This document shows positions 1-9,697 of a DNA stretch of 64,000 nucleotides, in pieces. Made by a program: the position numbers and the translations under genes. Positions within the stretch are counted from its first letter, which is position 1; every line of letters begins with the position of its first letter. The stretch is from Clostridia bacterium (GTDB lineage: Bacteria > Bacillota > Clostridia > TANB77 > CAG-508), in assembly GCA_029258515.1 (NCBI GenBank), contig JARHYK010000015.1:1830-65829 (forward strand). The letters run 5' to 3'. The notes under the pieces are model-generated. The model saw only the letters and a list, made by a program, of their open reading frames with translations. It had not been told where the DNA came from and made no database searches.

Positions 1-1
1 A

Positions 2-433
2 GTATTTGATATGGCAGGAGGAACATGGGAAAGAACAGCAACATATATAAATAATCCTGTAGGTCAAGAAAATAGAAATACTTATGGTAAAAGTGTAACT
101 AAAACAGGAGAAGTAAGTACAAAATATACAACAGTTTATCCGTTTGATAGTAATGTAGATAAATCAGGAGCAGAATATGACCTAACAAGTGAAGCTAATT
201 ATGAAAAAAACACATTAATTTACGGAGATACAGTACGAGAAACAAGTACACTAGGAAAAGGTGCAAGTGCATGGGACACTGATTACTCTTATTTTCCTGC
301 TTTGCGTGATTCGTTTTTTGTACGTGGGGGCGATTGTTACGGTGGCAGCAATACCGGTTTGTTAGCATTTGGTAGAACTAATGGCAATAGCAGTTGGTAT
401 TATGGTTTCCGTTCAGTCTTGGTTGTTTTGTAG
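2..433 (+). CDS. C-terminal part of an FGE-sulfatase/C-type-lectin-fold protein, probable DGR target (5' end outside the window)
   Basis: Frame is open from base 2 (V-F-D-M-A-G-G-T-W-E, like the G-x-Y-D-M-x-G-N-V-W-E motif). It ends in RGGxxxxGSxTGLxxF...G...GFRxVL, typical of CLec-fold DGR targets. Confidence 0.75.
   Translation, partial: VFDMAGGTWERTATYINNPVGQENRNTYGKSVTKTGEVSTKYTTVYPFDSNVDKSGAEYDLTSEANYEKNTLIYGDTVRETSTLGKGASAWDTDYSYFPALRDSFFVRGGDCYGGSNTGLLAFGRTNGNSSWYYGFRSVLVVL
271..433 (+). other. Putative DGR variable region (VR)
   Basis: Hand count gives about 42% GC and about 18% A in 271-433, against very A-rich coding sequence elsewhere. Non-host codons (CGT, GGC, TTC, TCG) and many NNT/NNC codons at variable-looking positions. 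Confidence 0.65.
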
Positions 434-611
434 TATTTTTATGGTCTTGAACTTTGTTTTCTTTATTTTGCAACTGCTTTGAATGGTTAAAAAACGAATT
501 TGATAGTTTGTAAATATTAGTATGTAAATTTTTATTTATTTAAAAGTTATACAATAATGTAATACACTGAACAAAAATAGATGTTTTTTAATTAGGTATT
601 AAGCAACATGG

Positions 612-647
612 GAATGAATTCTGTATTTTACAGAACTCATTCTTTTT
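612..647 (+). terminator. Intrinsic terminator-like hairpin after the DGR-target gene
   Basis: gaatgaattctgta-ttt-tacagaactcattc (one mismatch) followed by TTTTT. Confidence 0.6.
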
Positions 648-813
648 AATTTAACACATAATTTTCCTACTGTTATTATTAAATTTATTTTTACAATTTA
701 TCTAGTAATTTAAAGATTTTTGTGCAAGCTACATTTTATCTATTATTAAATATAAGAGGATTAATTTTACAAAATATTAAAGTTTTTTATCACTCTAAGA
801 TTTAATAGAACTC

Positions 814-850
814 AAAAAATTATCATATATTTCAAATATGATAATTTTTT
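814..850. repeat. Perfect 15-bp inverted repeat upstream of dnaG
   Basis: aaaaaattatcatat-atttcaa-atatgataatttttt; could be a terminator or an operator. Confidence 0.6.
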
Positions 851-945
851 TATATAATAAAATAAAAAGAAGGATTTATGTAAAATACGTCGAATAATAT
901 AATTATGAAAAGAAAAAAGAAATATTTTAAAGAAAGTGAGAGAAA

Positions 946-2727
946 ATGGCAAAATATAGTGATGACTTAATAGAAGAAATAAGACAATCAAATGACATTG
1001 TAGATGTGATTTCTCAATACATGAATTTAAAAAGAAGTGGAAGAAACTATTTTGGTTTATGCCCATTTCATAATGAAAAGTCACCATCTTTTTCTGTTTC
1101 ACCAGATAAACAAATATTTCATTGTTTCGGGTGTGGAGTAGGTGGAAATGTAATTACATTTATAATGAAAATTGAAGGTTGTAGTTTTGTAGAAGCGATT
1201 CAAATGCTAGCACAAAGAGCAAATATTCAATTACCAACACTAGAAAATAATCAAGATAGTGCAAGAGAATTACTAAAGTCAAAAGTATATAAAGTAAATG
1301 AATTTGCAGCAGAATTTTATCATAAAAACTTATATACTCCAACTGCTAAAATGGGTCAAGAATATGTAAAAAAAAGACAATTATCAAATGAAACATTAAA
1401 AGCATTTAAAATAGGATATTCTGGTAAATTTAATGAACTATATATGGCACTCAAAAAAGAAGGATTTCAAGATCAAGAAATTTTAGAATCTGGGTTAGTA
1501 AATAAAAATAATAATGGCACATATATAGATAGATATAGAAACAGATTAATGTTTCCAATATGTGACGTGCGAAATAGAGTAATAGCATTTGGAGGAAGAG
1601 TATTAGATGATTCAAAGCCTAAATATATAAATTCACCAGAAAATGTAGTATACAGTAAAGGAAGACACCTATTTGGATTAAATGTAGCCAAAAAAGATGA
1701 TATAAAAAAACTATTAATAGTAGAAGGTTACATGGATGTTATATCATTACATCAAAGAGGAATAACAAATGTAGTAGCATCACTAGGAACAGCATTAACC
1801 CAACAACAAGGGTTTTTACTAAGGAAAAACACAAATCAAGTTATATTATCATTTGATTCAGATGATGCAGGACTAGAAGCTAAAAAAAGAGCAATAGACA
1901 TATTACAAAATATGGGAATAGACTTAAGAGTATTACAAATAGAAGGCGCAAAAGACCCAGATGAATATATAAAAAAATATGGAAATGTAAGATTTCAAAA
2001 ATTAGTTGAAAGAGCAATATCAGTAGTAGAATTTAAAGTAAAGATATTAAAAAAAGATTTAAATCTTGAAAATGTGAACGATAAAATAAAGTTACTAAAT
2101 GAAATTGCAAAATTATTATCTAAGATTGATAACACCATGGAAAGAGAAGTATATATAGAAAAGATTTCAGACACATATAACATATCAAAAGAAGCAATAT
2201 ATGCAGAAGTAAACAAATTATCATATTCAATTAAACAAAGTGATAAATTATTAGAAAAAAATAAAAAAGTAATTATTAGACCAATAAAACAAAATATTGA
2301 AGTTGAACAATCAATACTAAAAAGAGAAAATATGATTTTATCATTACTATTAAAAGGTAACCTAAATATATATCAAATAATAAAACAAAATATTAAATAT
2401 GAAGAGTTTAAAGATGAAGTAAACAAAAAAATTGCTAAAAAATTGTATGAAGAATTTGAAAAAGGTAATAGTAATATTAATGGAATATTAGACAAGCTAG
2501 AAGATGAAGAACAAAGCCATATTACGGAAATAATGTCAGATGAATACGAATTAGACAATGTTGAAAAAGCAATTGATGATGTCATTCATGGATATCAAAG
2601 AGATAAATTAACAAATAGAAAATTAGAAATTCTATCAAGTTTGGAAGAAAACTTAGAAGAAAATAAAAGAAAAGAATTAGAAAAAGAGTTAAATGAATTA
2701 ATAATTCAATTAGCAAAAATGAAATAG
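946..2727 (+). CDS. dnaG: DNA primase
   Basis: CHC2 zinc finger ([11 protein letters not shown]...CFGC), TOPRIM motifs ([15 protein letters not shown]); directly upstream of sigA. Confidence 0.98.
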   Translation: MAKYSDDLIEEIRQSNDIVDVISQYMNLKRSGRNYFGLCPFHNEKSPSFSVSPDKQIFHCFGCGVGGNVITFIMKIEGCSFVEAIQMLAQRANIQLPTLENNQDSARELLKSKVYKVNEFAAEFYHKNLYTPTAKMGQEYVKKRQLSNETLKAFKIGYSGKFNELYMALKKEGFQDQEILESGLVNKNNNGTYIDRYRNRLMFPICDVRNRVIAFGGRVLDDSKPKYINSPENVVYSKGRHLFGLNVAKKDDIKKLLIVEGYMDVISLHQRGITNVVASLGTALTQQQGFLLRKNTNQVILSFDSDDAGLEAKKRAIDILQNMGIDLRVLQIEGAKDPDEYIKKYGNVRFQKLVERAISVVEFKVKILKKDLNLENVNDKIKLLNEIAKLLSKIDNTMEREVYIEKISDTYNISKEAIYAEVNKLSYSIKQSDKLLEKNKKVIIRPIKQNIEVEQSILKRENMILSLLLKGNLNIYQIIKQNIKYEEFKDEVNKKIAKKLYEEFEKGNSNINGILDKLEDEEQSHITEIMSDEYELDNVEKAIDDVIHGYQRDKLTNRKLEILSSLEENLEENKRKELEKELNELIIQLAKMK

Positions 2728-2738
2728 GAGTGAAGAAA

Positions 2739-3872
2739 ATGCCAAATAATGAAAATAAAAAAGTGAATTCTGAAAAATCAAAAGAAATGGAAGAATTAAA
2801 AAATGAAAAAGTACAAACGTTATTAAAAGAAGCAAAGAAAAAAGGTAAAATTACATATGAAGATTTAGCAAAACAACTAGATGGAGTAAATCCTGAACAA
2901 ATGGATTCTGTTTTCGATGCTTTTGAAGAAATAGGAGTAGATTTATTAACAGACGATATGGATAATGAACCAGACGTTGAAGATTTAAAAGAAGTAGAAG
3001 ATTTAAAACTAGATCAAATTACAGATACAAGTTATGAAGGAATTAGTGTAGATGATCCAGTTCGTATGTATTTAAGAGAAATAGGAAGAATTCCATTATT
3101 AACATTTGAAGAAGAGTTAGAATTATCAGAAAAAATATTAAATGGTGATGAAGAAGCAAAACAAAAATTAGCAGAATCAAATTTAAGATTAGTTGTAAGT
3201 ATAGCAAAAAAATACGTAGGTAGAGGAATGTTATTTTTAGACTTAATTCAAGAAGGAAACATGGGACTAATAAAAGCTGTTGAAAAATTTGATTATACAA
3301 AAGGATTTAAGTTTAGTACTTATGCAACATGGTGGATAAGACAAGCCATAACAAGAGCAATAGCAGATCAAGCAAGAACAATAAGAATACCAGTTCACAT
3401 GGTAGAAACTATAAATAAACTAATTCGTACATCAAGACATCTTTTACAACAACTAGGAAGAGAACCATCACAAGAAGAAATCGCAGCTGAGATGGAAATA
3501 TCAGTAGAAAAAGTAGCGGAGATTCAAAAAATTGCACAAGATCCAGTATCACTAGAAACACCAATAGGAGAAGAAGATGATAGCCATCTAGGAGACTTTA
3601 TTCAAGATGATGATAGTCCAGCACCACATGATGCAGCATCATATACATTATTAAGAGAACAATTAGAAGAAGTTATGAGTACATTAACACCAAGAGAAGC
3701 AAAAGTATTAAAATTAAGATTTGGATTAGAAGATGGAAAATCAAGAACACTAGAAGAAGTAGGAAGAGAATTTGATGTAACAAGAGAAAGAATAAGACAA
3801 ATAGAAGCAAAAGCATTAAGAAAACTAAGACATCCAAGCAGAAGCAAAAAATTAAAAGATTACATGGGATAA
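2739..3872 (+). CDS. sigA: RNA polymerase primary sigma factor RpoD/SigA
   Basis: [41 protein letters not shown], region 4 [22 protein letters not shown]; start placed at the ATG after SD aggagtga. Confidence 0.98.
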   Translation: MPNNENKKVNSEKSKEMEELKNEKVQTLLKEAKKKGKITYEDLAKQLDGVNPEQMDSVFDAFEEIGVDLLTDDMDNEPDVEDLKEVEDLKLDQITDTSYEGISVDDPVRMYLREIGRIPLLTFEEELELSEKILNGDEEAKQKLAESNLRLVVSIAKKYVGRGMLFLDLIQEGNMGLIKAVEKFDYTKGFKFSTYATWWIRQAITRAIADQARTIRIPVHMVETINKLIRTSRHLLQQLGREPSQEEIAAEMEISVEKVAEIQKIAQDPVSLETPIGEEDDSHLGDFIQDDDSPAPHDAASYTLLREQLEEVMSTLTPREAKVLKLRFGLEDGKSRTLEEVGREFDVTRERIRQIEAKALRKLRHPSRSKKLKDYMG

Positions 3873-3884
3873 AAGGAGGAAAAA

Positions 3885-4949
3885 ATGCAACAAGTTTTAG
3901 ATTTTATAAACAAAGTAACACAAGTACAATTTGTCGATATCATATTTGCGATAGGGATAGCTATAATATTTAAAATGTTAAGTAGCAGTGTTTCATACTA
4001 TATAGTAAAACTATTCAAACTTAAAGCAAAATCAAAAAAAGAAATCACAACAAGTGCATTTTATAACCCACTTAAAGTATTTATTTCATTATTAGGAATG
4101 TATTTAGGAATATATTTTTTAAAAGAGCCACTAAATTTAAGTGTTAAATTTATGGGAATAGTGTATAATATATTCACAATAATAAGCATCATAACATTTG
4201 CAAGAGGATTAGCACAAAGTTTTGTACCAGGTTCAATAATAACAAAAAAAATGCTTAGAAAGATGGAAAAAACACAACTAGATTCATCAACAAATTTCAT
4301 ACTAAAAGCAATTAGAGTTACAATATATATAATAGCAACATTTTTAGTAATAACAAGACTAGGAATAAACTTAAACGGACTAATAGCAGGATTTGGAGTT
4401 ACAGGAGTAATAGTAACACTCGCAGCACAAGATACAGCTAAAAACTTATTTGGAGGGTTAGTAATATTTTTAGATAAACCTTTCATAGTAGGAGATTGGA
4501 TAGCATTTTCTAAATTTGAAGGAACAGTAGAAGATATAACATTTAGAAGTACAAGATTAAGAACATTTGAAAATTCACTAGTCAATGTTCCAAATTCAAT
4601 AATAGCAAACGAATCTATCATAAATTGGAGTAAAATGGAAAAAAGAAGATATAAATTTAATTTATGTATTGAATTAGATACACCATTAGAAAAAATAGAA
4701 AAATTCCAAAAAAGAGTATATGAGATGTTACAACAAAAAGAAGCAATACATGATGATTCAATAATTGTTAAATTTGATACTATTGTAGATAATGGTTTAA
4801 ATATATTAATTTGTAGTTATACTGATTCTATAGACTATCCAAGTTATTTACAAGAAAGAGAAAATATAAATTATAAAATTATGAAGATTTTAAGAGAAGA
4901 AGGAATAGAACTTGCGTATGATACAAAAACAGTTGTAATGAAAAAATAA
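3885..4949 (+). CDS. mscS: Small-conductance mechanosensitive channel (MscS family)
   Basis: TM helices, LAAQDTAKNLFGG, KPFIVGDWI, GTVEDITFRSTRLRT, VPNS. Confidence 0.9.
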   Translation: MQQVLDFINKVTQVQFVDIIFAIGIAIIFKMLSSSVSYYIVKLFKLKAKSKKEITTSAFYNPLKVFISLLGMYLGIYFLKEPLNLSVKFMGIVYNIFTIISIITFARGLAQSFVPGSIITKKMLRKMEKTQLDSSTNFILKAIRVTIYIIATFLVITRLGINLNGLIAGFGVTGVIVTLAAQDTAKNLFGGLVIFLDKPFIVGDWIAFSKFEGTVEDITFRSTRLRTFENSLVNVPNSIIANESIINWSKMEKRRYKFNLCIELDTPLEKIEKFQKRVYEMLQQKEAIHDDSIIVKFDTIVDNGLNILICSYTDSIDYPSYLQERENINYKIMKILREEGIELAYDTKTVVMKK

Positions 4950-4951
4950 AA

Positions 4952-4989
4952 AAAGGTGGTGAGAAAAGAAAATCTTACCACTTTTATTT
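4952..4989 (+). terminator. Terminator hairpin after mscS
   Basis: ggtggtgaga/tcttaccact stem plus T tract. Confidence 0.55.
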
Positions 4990-5058
4990 AAATAAAATTC
5001 ACAAGCAGGACACAAATAACAAGTATAATATAAATATAAAGAACGAAAGGTGATAAAA

Positions 5059-5733
5059 ATGGATAAAAGTATCTTAATTGTAGATGACGAAGCAAGAATG
5101 AGAAAACTAATAAAAGACTTCTTAGGAGCAAAAGGATATACAGTAATAGAAGCTAAAGATGGAGAAGAAGCATTACAAAAATTTTTAGAAAATAAAGAAA
5201 AAATACAATTAATTTTATTAGATGTAATGATGCCAAAATTAGATGGGTGGTCAGTTTTAAGACAAATAAGACAAACATCAAAAGTACCAATAATAATGCT
5301 AACTGCAAGAGGAGAAGAACAAGATGAACTATTTGGATTTGAATTAGGAGTAGATGAATATATCTCAAAACCATTTAGTCCCAAAATATTGGTAGCAAGG
5401 GTAGAAGCACTTCTAAAAAGAACTGCTGGAGATAAAAAACAAACAAAAGATTATGGCGGTATAGAAATAAATAAAGAAGGAAGAACAGTAACAGTAGAAG
5501 GTAAATTAATAGAACTAAGCCTAAGAGAATATGAATTACTAACATATTTAATTGAAAATGAAGGAATTGCATTATCAAGAGACAAAATACTAAATAATGT
5601 TTGGAATTTTGATTATTATGGAGATTCAAGAACAATAGATAGTCATATAAAAAAGATAAGGCATAAATTAGGTAAAAAAGGAAAATACATTAAAACAATA
5701 AGAGGACTAGGTTATAAGTTTGAATTAAAATAA
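5059..5733 (+). CDS. OmpR/PhoB-family response regulator
   Basis: ILIVDDE, LLDVMMP, KPFS, winged-helix DSRTIDSHIKKIR...IKTIRGLGYK. Confidence 0.95.
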   Translation: MDKSILIVDDEARMRKLIKDFLGAKGYTVIEAKDGEEALQKFLENKEKIQLILLDVMMPKLDGWSVLRQIRQTSKVPIIMLTARGEEQDELFGFELGVDEYISKPFSPKILVARVEALLKRTAGDKKQTKDYGGIEINKEGRTVTVEGKLIELSLREYELLTYLIENEGIALSRDKILNNVWNFDYYGDSRTIDSHIKKIRHKLGKKGKYIKTIRGLGYKFELK

Positions 5734-5746
5734 AGAGGGATGATAA

Positions 5747-7252
5747 ATGAAACAAAAACAATCAAAATTTAAAAATGCAATAAAAACTTTTAATGCCAAA
5801 ATGTTTTTAACACTATGTATTACAATATTATGTGTTATATTTTTCTTAATAGCACTAAACAACTTTGCACTAGAAAAATTCTACTTATACAGTAAAAATA
5901 AAACATTAAAAACTGTATACAACAATTTAAACTCTTATTATAACGGTAAAAACCATGAAATAGATATAGAGCAAGAATTAGAAGAAATAGCAATAAAAAA
6001 TAATTTTGATATACTAATAAAAGACAAAGATAATATAAATATATATAGCACAAATAAAAATTTTTATTCTGTTTTAAGAGAAAGTGCAAAATTAGAAGAA
6101 AAATCAGATAGAGAAAAAATATTAGAAAATAATGAAAAATACAAAATAATAAAACAAAAAGATTTTAAAAATGGATTAAACTATATAATGTTATTAGGAA
6201 AACTGGATAATGGCTATTATTTATTTATAAGACTACCAATAACATCAATTCAAGATAGTGTAAGAATATCAAATAAATTTTTAATATTAATAGCAGGCTT
6301 TACAATTTTTATATCAGCAATATTAGTATATATAATATCTAAAAAAGTATCAGAGCCAATATCAGAATTAAACAAAATAGCAAAAAATGTTGCCAACCTA
6401 GATTTTAGTCATAAATATATAGAAACAGATGTAGATGATGAAATAAATAATTTAGGCAAAAGTATAAATATAATGTCAGAAAGATTAGAAATAACAATAA
6501 ATAAATTAAAAAATACAAATAATGAATTAGAAAGAGATATAGAAGAAAAATCAAAAATAGATGAAATGAGAAAGAGTTTTATATCAGATGTATCACATGA
6601 ATTAAAAACACCAATAGCATTAATCCAAGGATATAGTGAAGGTTTATTAGAAAACGTAAATAGTGATGATGAAAGCAGAAAATTTTATGCAGAAGTAATA
6701 TTAGATGAAACAAACAAAATGGATAGATTAGTAAAACAATTATTAGAATTAATGAAATTAGAATATGGCAAAAGAGAATTTAATAATACTACATTTGATA
6801 TAGTAGAATTAGAAAGAGAAGTAATAAGAAAATCAAAGCTATTAATAGGTGAAAAAAATGTCAACCTAATATTTGATGATAAAGAAAAAATAATGGTATA
6901 CGCAGATGATTTCTACATAGAGCAAGTAATAACAAATTATTTAACAAATTCAATTAAAAATGTAAAAGAAATAAATGGTAAAAAAGAAATAAGAATAGAA
7001 AACAAACTAGATAAGAAAAATAACAAAGTAAGAATAAATGTATACAATACAGGAGATAAAATAGCAAAAGAAGATATCGAAAGAATATGGAAAAGATTCT
7101 ATAAAGCAGATAAATCAAGAAATAGAGATAAAGGAGGAAGCGGAATAGGATTGGCATTTGTAAAAGCAATAATGAACAACTACAAAAGTGATTATGGTGT
7201 AATAAATCATAAAGATGGAGTAGAATTTTATTTTGAAATTCTTTTAGGATAA
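5747..7252 (+). CDS. HAMP-domain sensor histidine kinase
   Basis: Two TM segments, HAMP, H-box FISDVSHELKTPI, N-box, FYKADKSR, GSGIGL. Confidence 0.95.
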   Translation: MKQKQSKFKNAIKTFNAKMFLTLCITILCVIFFLIALNNFALEKFYLYSKNKTLKTVYNNLNSYYNGKNHEIDIEQELEEIAIKNNFDILIKDKDNINIYSTNKNFYSVLRESAKLEEKSDREKILENNEKYKIIKQKDFKNGLNYIMLLGKLDNGYYLFIRLPITSIQDSVRISNKFLILIAGFTIFISAILVYIISKKVSEPISELNKIAKNVANLDFSHKYIETDVDDEINNLGKSINIMSERLEITINKLKNTNNELERDIEEKSKIDEMRKSFISDVSHELKTPIALIQGYSEGLLENVNSDDESRKFYAEVILDETNKMDRLVKQLLELMKLEYGKREFNNTTFDIVELEREVIRKSKLLIGEKNVNLIFDDKEKIMVYADDFYIEQVITNYLTNSIKNVKEINGKKEIRIENKLDKKNNKVRINVYNTGDKIAKEDIERIWKRFYKADKSRNRDKGGSGIGLAFVKAIMNNYKSDYGVINHKDGVEFYFEILLG

Positions 7253-7275
7253 TTAAATAGGTTATATATTAATAG

Positions 7276-7315
7276 TTGAGGTGGAAATTTTTAAAATTTT
7301 CACCTCAATATTTTA
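7276..7315 (+). terminator. Terminator hairpin after the histidine kinase gene
   Basis: ttgaggtggaaatttt/aaaattttcacctcaa. Confidence 0.65.
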
Positions 7316-7332
7316 TACTTAAAACTACAACA

Positions 7333-7349
7333 TGTCGATTTTTGTCGAT
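7333..7349 (+). promoter_or_regulatory. Tandem Spo0A-box-like repeats upstream of the sortase-adhesin operon
   Basis: TGTCGAT-N3-TGTCGAT with 10-bp period; each copy is one mismatch from TGNCGAA. Confidence 0.4.
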
Positions 7350-7498
7350 GAAAAGTTCTTTACAAATTAAAACTTTTATGTTAATATAAGTACATAAGAT
7401 ATTTAAAACTTTTTAATAGTTTTATCTTAATAATTTTTTCGAAAAAATTTAATCTTTAAAAATCCCAAAAATTTTAAAATTTAATAGTCAAAAGGCAG

Positions 7499-8152
7499 GT
7501 GATATGTATATGCAAAAATAAAATCTATACTACAAGATATGTATATTTAATTAGCCTATTTTGTACGACTATAATATATATTTTTATTTCAGTTATATTT
7601 AATTCATATAACAAAAATTATTCCAATTCCTCTATCTTAAAATTTGGAAAAAATGGTATTGTAAAAGTACAATTTAATAATAATATAACATATTCAAATA
7701 ATACTAAAGAAGAAAATAAAAAAGATAATACAGTAAAAAGAAAAGAAAAAGAAGAAAATACAACTGATGAAAAATGGTATATTAAAATTCCTAAAATAGA
7801 CTTAGAAGCTAAAATATCAGAAGGCACAACAAAAGAAGTTTTAGATTTTGCTGTTGGACACTTTGAAGAAACAAGCAAATTAGAAGGAAATGTATGCCTA
7901 GCTGCACACAATAGAGGATATAGAGTAAATTACTTTAAAAACTTGAAACTTTTAAAGAAAGGAGATAATGTAATATATAAAATTGAAGAAGACACAAAAG
8001 AGTATTTTGTAGATCAAAATATTATAATTACAGATGAGGATTGGTCATATCTAGAAAAAACAGAAGAAAATGTGCTTACACTAATAACTTGTGTAGAAAA
8101 CGAACCAAGTTTTAGAAGATGCATTAGGTGTATAGAAAAAGAAAGGAGTTAA
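7499..8152 (+). CDS. Sortase (class D-like); start uncertain
   Basis: N-terminal TM segment, YIKIPKIDL, LAAHNRG (His), LTLITC (Cys), downstream Arg; adjacent to an LPxTG substrate. Confidence 0.85.
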   Translation: MICICKNKIYTTRYVYLISLFCTTIIYIFISVIFNSYNKNYSNSSILKFGKNGIVKVQFNNNITYSNNTKEENKKDNTVKRKEKEENTTDEKWYIKIPKIDLEAKISEGTTKEVLDFAVGHFEETSKLEGNVCLAAHNRGYRVNYFKNLKLLKKGDNVIYKIEEDTKEYFVDQNIIITDEDWSYLEKTEENVLTLITCVENEPSFRRCIRCIEKERS

Positions 8153-8169
8153 AATAAAAATAGTAAAAA

Positions 8170-9504
8170 ATGCAATTGAGAATAAAACAAATAAAAAGCA
8201 AAAAAATTTCAAAAAATATAATAACAATTTTAAGTATGGCTATACTTACTTTATTGCCAATTACTAATTGCTTAGCAGTAGATTTAGGGAAAGTAGATAT
8301 TAAATCAGGAGGTGACTGTGGTAGACTTTTAATATATAAAGGAATAGAAGTAAAAACATATTATGCATATTATGAAAAAGATGGAATAAAATACCCAGCA
8401 TATTGTTTGGACAAAAGTAAACAAGGAGTAAATGACAACATATCATACCCAGTTTCAGTAGAAGATAGCATACATGATGTGAACTTATGGAGATATATAA
8501 TAAATGGTTATCCATATAAAACAGTTCAAGAATTGGGCTGTAATAATGAAAAAGAAGCATTTTGTGCAACTAAACAAGCAATATATTGCTACATACATGG
8601 AAATGATATTAACTCTTATAGAGCAATAGGAGAAGCCGGAGAAAGAACATTAAATGCACTTAAAAAAATTGTAAATGACGCTAAAAATATGCAAGATGTA
8701 CAAAATTCAAATGTAATTGATGTAAATAAAATAAGTGAAAACTTTAAAGAAGATGAAATAAACCCAAATTATGTATCAAAAATTTATGAAGTAAAAACAA
8801 GAGCAAGTAGTTTAAAATATATGGTTTCAATATTAAAAGGAAATAACGAACTAATAGAAGGTATAAAAGTAGTAGATTTAAAAAACAATGAGAAAAAAGA
8901 ATTTTCAGCTAATGAAAAATTTAAAATATTAATACCAATAGAAAGTTTAAAACAAACTGGAAACTTCAAAATAAATATTGAAAGCAAAGTGAAAACAAAA
9001 CCAGTATATTATGGAAAAGCTAGTAATTCTATATATCAAGATTATGCCTTAACTGCTGCAACATATGAAGATAGTAAAGTAACAATAAATGAAGAATATT
9101 TCGAAAACAAAGCAAATATAAAAATCATAAAACAAGATAAAGAAACAAAAGAAAGAATAGAAGGAGTAGAATTTCAGATTTTAGATAAAAATAAAAATGT
9201 GAAATACACAAATCTAAAAACTGACAAAAATGGTGAAATAAATATAAAATATATTTTACCAGGTACATATTATTTAACAGAAGCAAAAGAAAAAGATGGA
9301 TATATAAAAAATCCTAATATGGTAAAATTTGAAATAAAATTAAACGAAACAGTTACAATAACAATAAATAATTTAAAAGAGGATAAACCTAAAATAACAG
9401 TAGATGAAAAAGAAATAGAAGCAACAATAGAAAAAACAAAAAAAGAAGAACAAGTAAAGCCAAAAACAAAAATTGTAAAAAAATTACCAATAACAGGTAT
9501 GTAA
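8170..9504 (+). CDS. Thioester-domain (TED) surface adhesin with Cna-B/SpaA-like domain and C-terminal LPITG
   Basis: Signal peptide, AYCLD (reactive Cys motif), TKQAIY, YQDYAL, Cna-B-like IIKQDKET...GVEFQI...TDKNG...GTYYLTE; ends KKLPITGM-stop. Confidence 0.75.
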   Translation: MQLRIKQIKSKKISKNIITILSMAILTLLPITNCLAVDLGKVDIKSGGDCGRLLIYKGIEVKTYYAYYEKDGIKYPAYCLDKSKQGVNDNISYPVSVEDSIHDVNLWRYIINGYPYKTVQELGCNNEKEAFCATKQAIYCYIHGNDINSYRAIGEAGERTLNALKKIVNDAKNMQDVQNSNVIDVNKISENFKEDEINPNYVSKIYEVKTRASSLKYMVSILKGNNELIEGIKVVDLKNNEKKEFSANEKFKILIPIESLKQTGNFKINIESKVKTKPVYYGKASNSIYQDYALTAATYEDSKVTINEEYFENKANIKIIKQDKETKERIEGVEFQILDKNKNVKYTNLKTDKNGEINIKYILPGTYYLTEAKEKDGYIKNPNMVKFEIKLNETVTITINNLKEDKPKITVDEKEIEATIEKTKKEEQVKPKTKIVKKLPITGM

Positions 9505-9547
9505 TAAAACACTAAAGAATAAAATGCAAAAATTAATAATGAATTAT

Positions 9548-9596
9548 AAAAATGTATAAGAATTGATTCTAGAAAATCAATTCTTATACATTTTTT
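9548..9596 (+). terminator. Perfect 21-bp inverted repeat terminator
   Basis: aaaaatgtataagaattgatt-ctagaa-aatcaattcttatacattttt. Confidence 0.75.
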
Positions 9597-9697
9597 ATAT
9601 CAAAAATATTTCAATAATATATTGAAAAAAACAGATAAAAAATATATAATGAAGAAAATAAAATTAAATTTAAGATAGAAAGGAAAAATAAAATAAA

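Noticed and set aside
434-945. DGR template repeat or reverse transcriptase downstream of the VR
   Set aside because: No AAC-rich copy of 271-433 and no RT ORF are visible in this spacer or elsewhere in the window.
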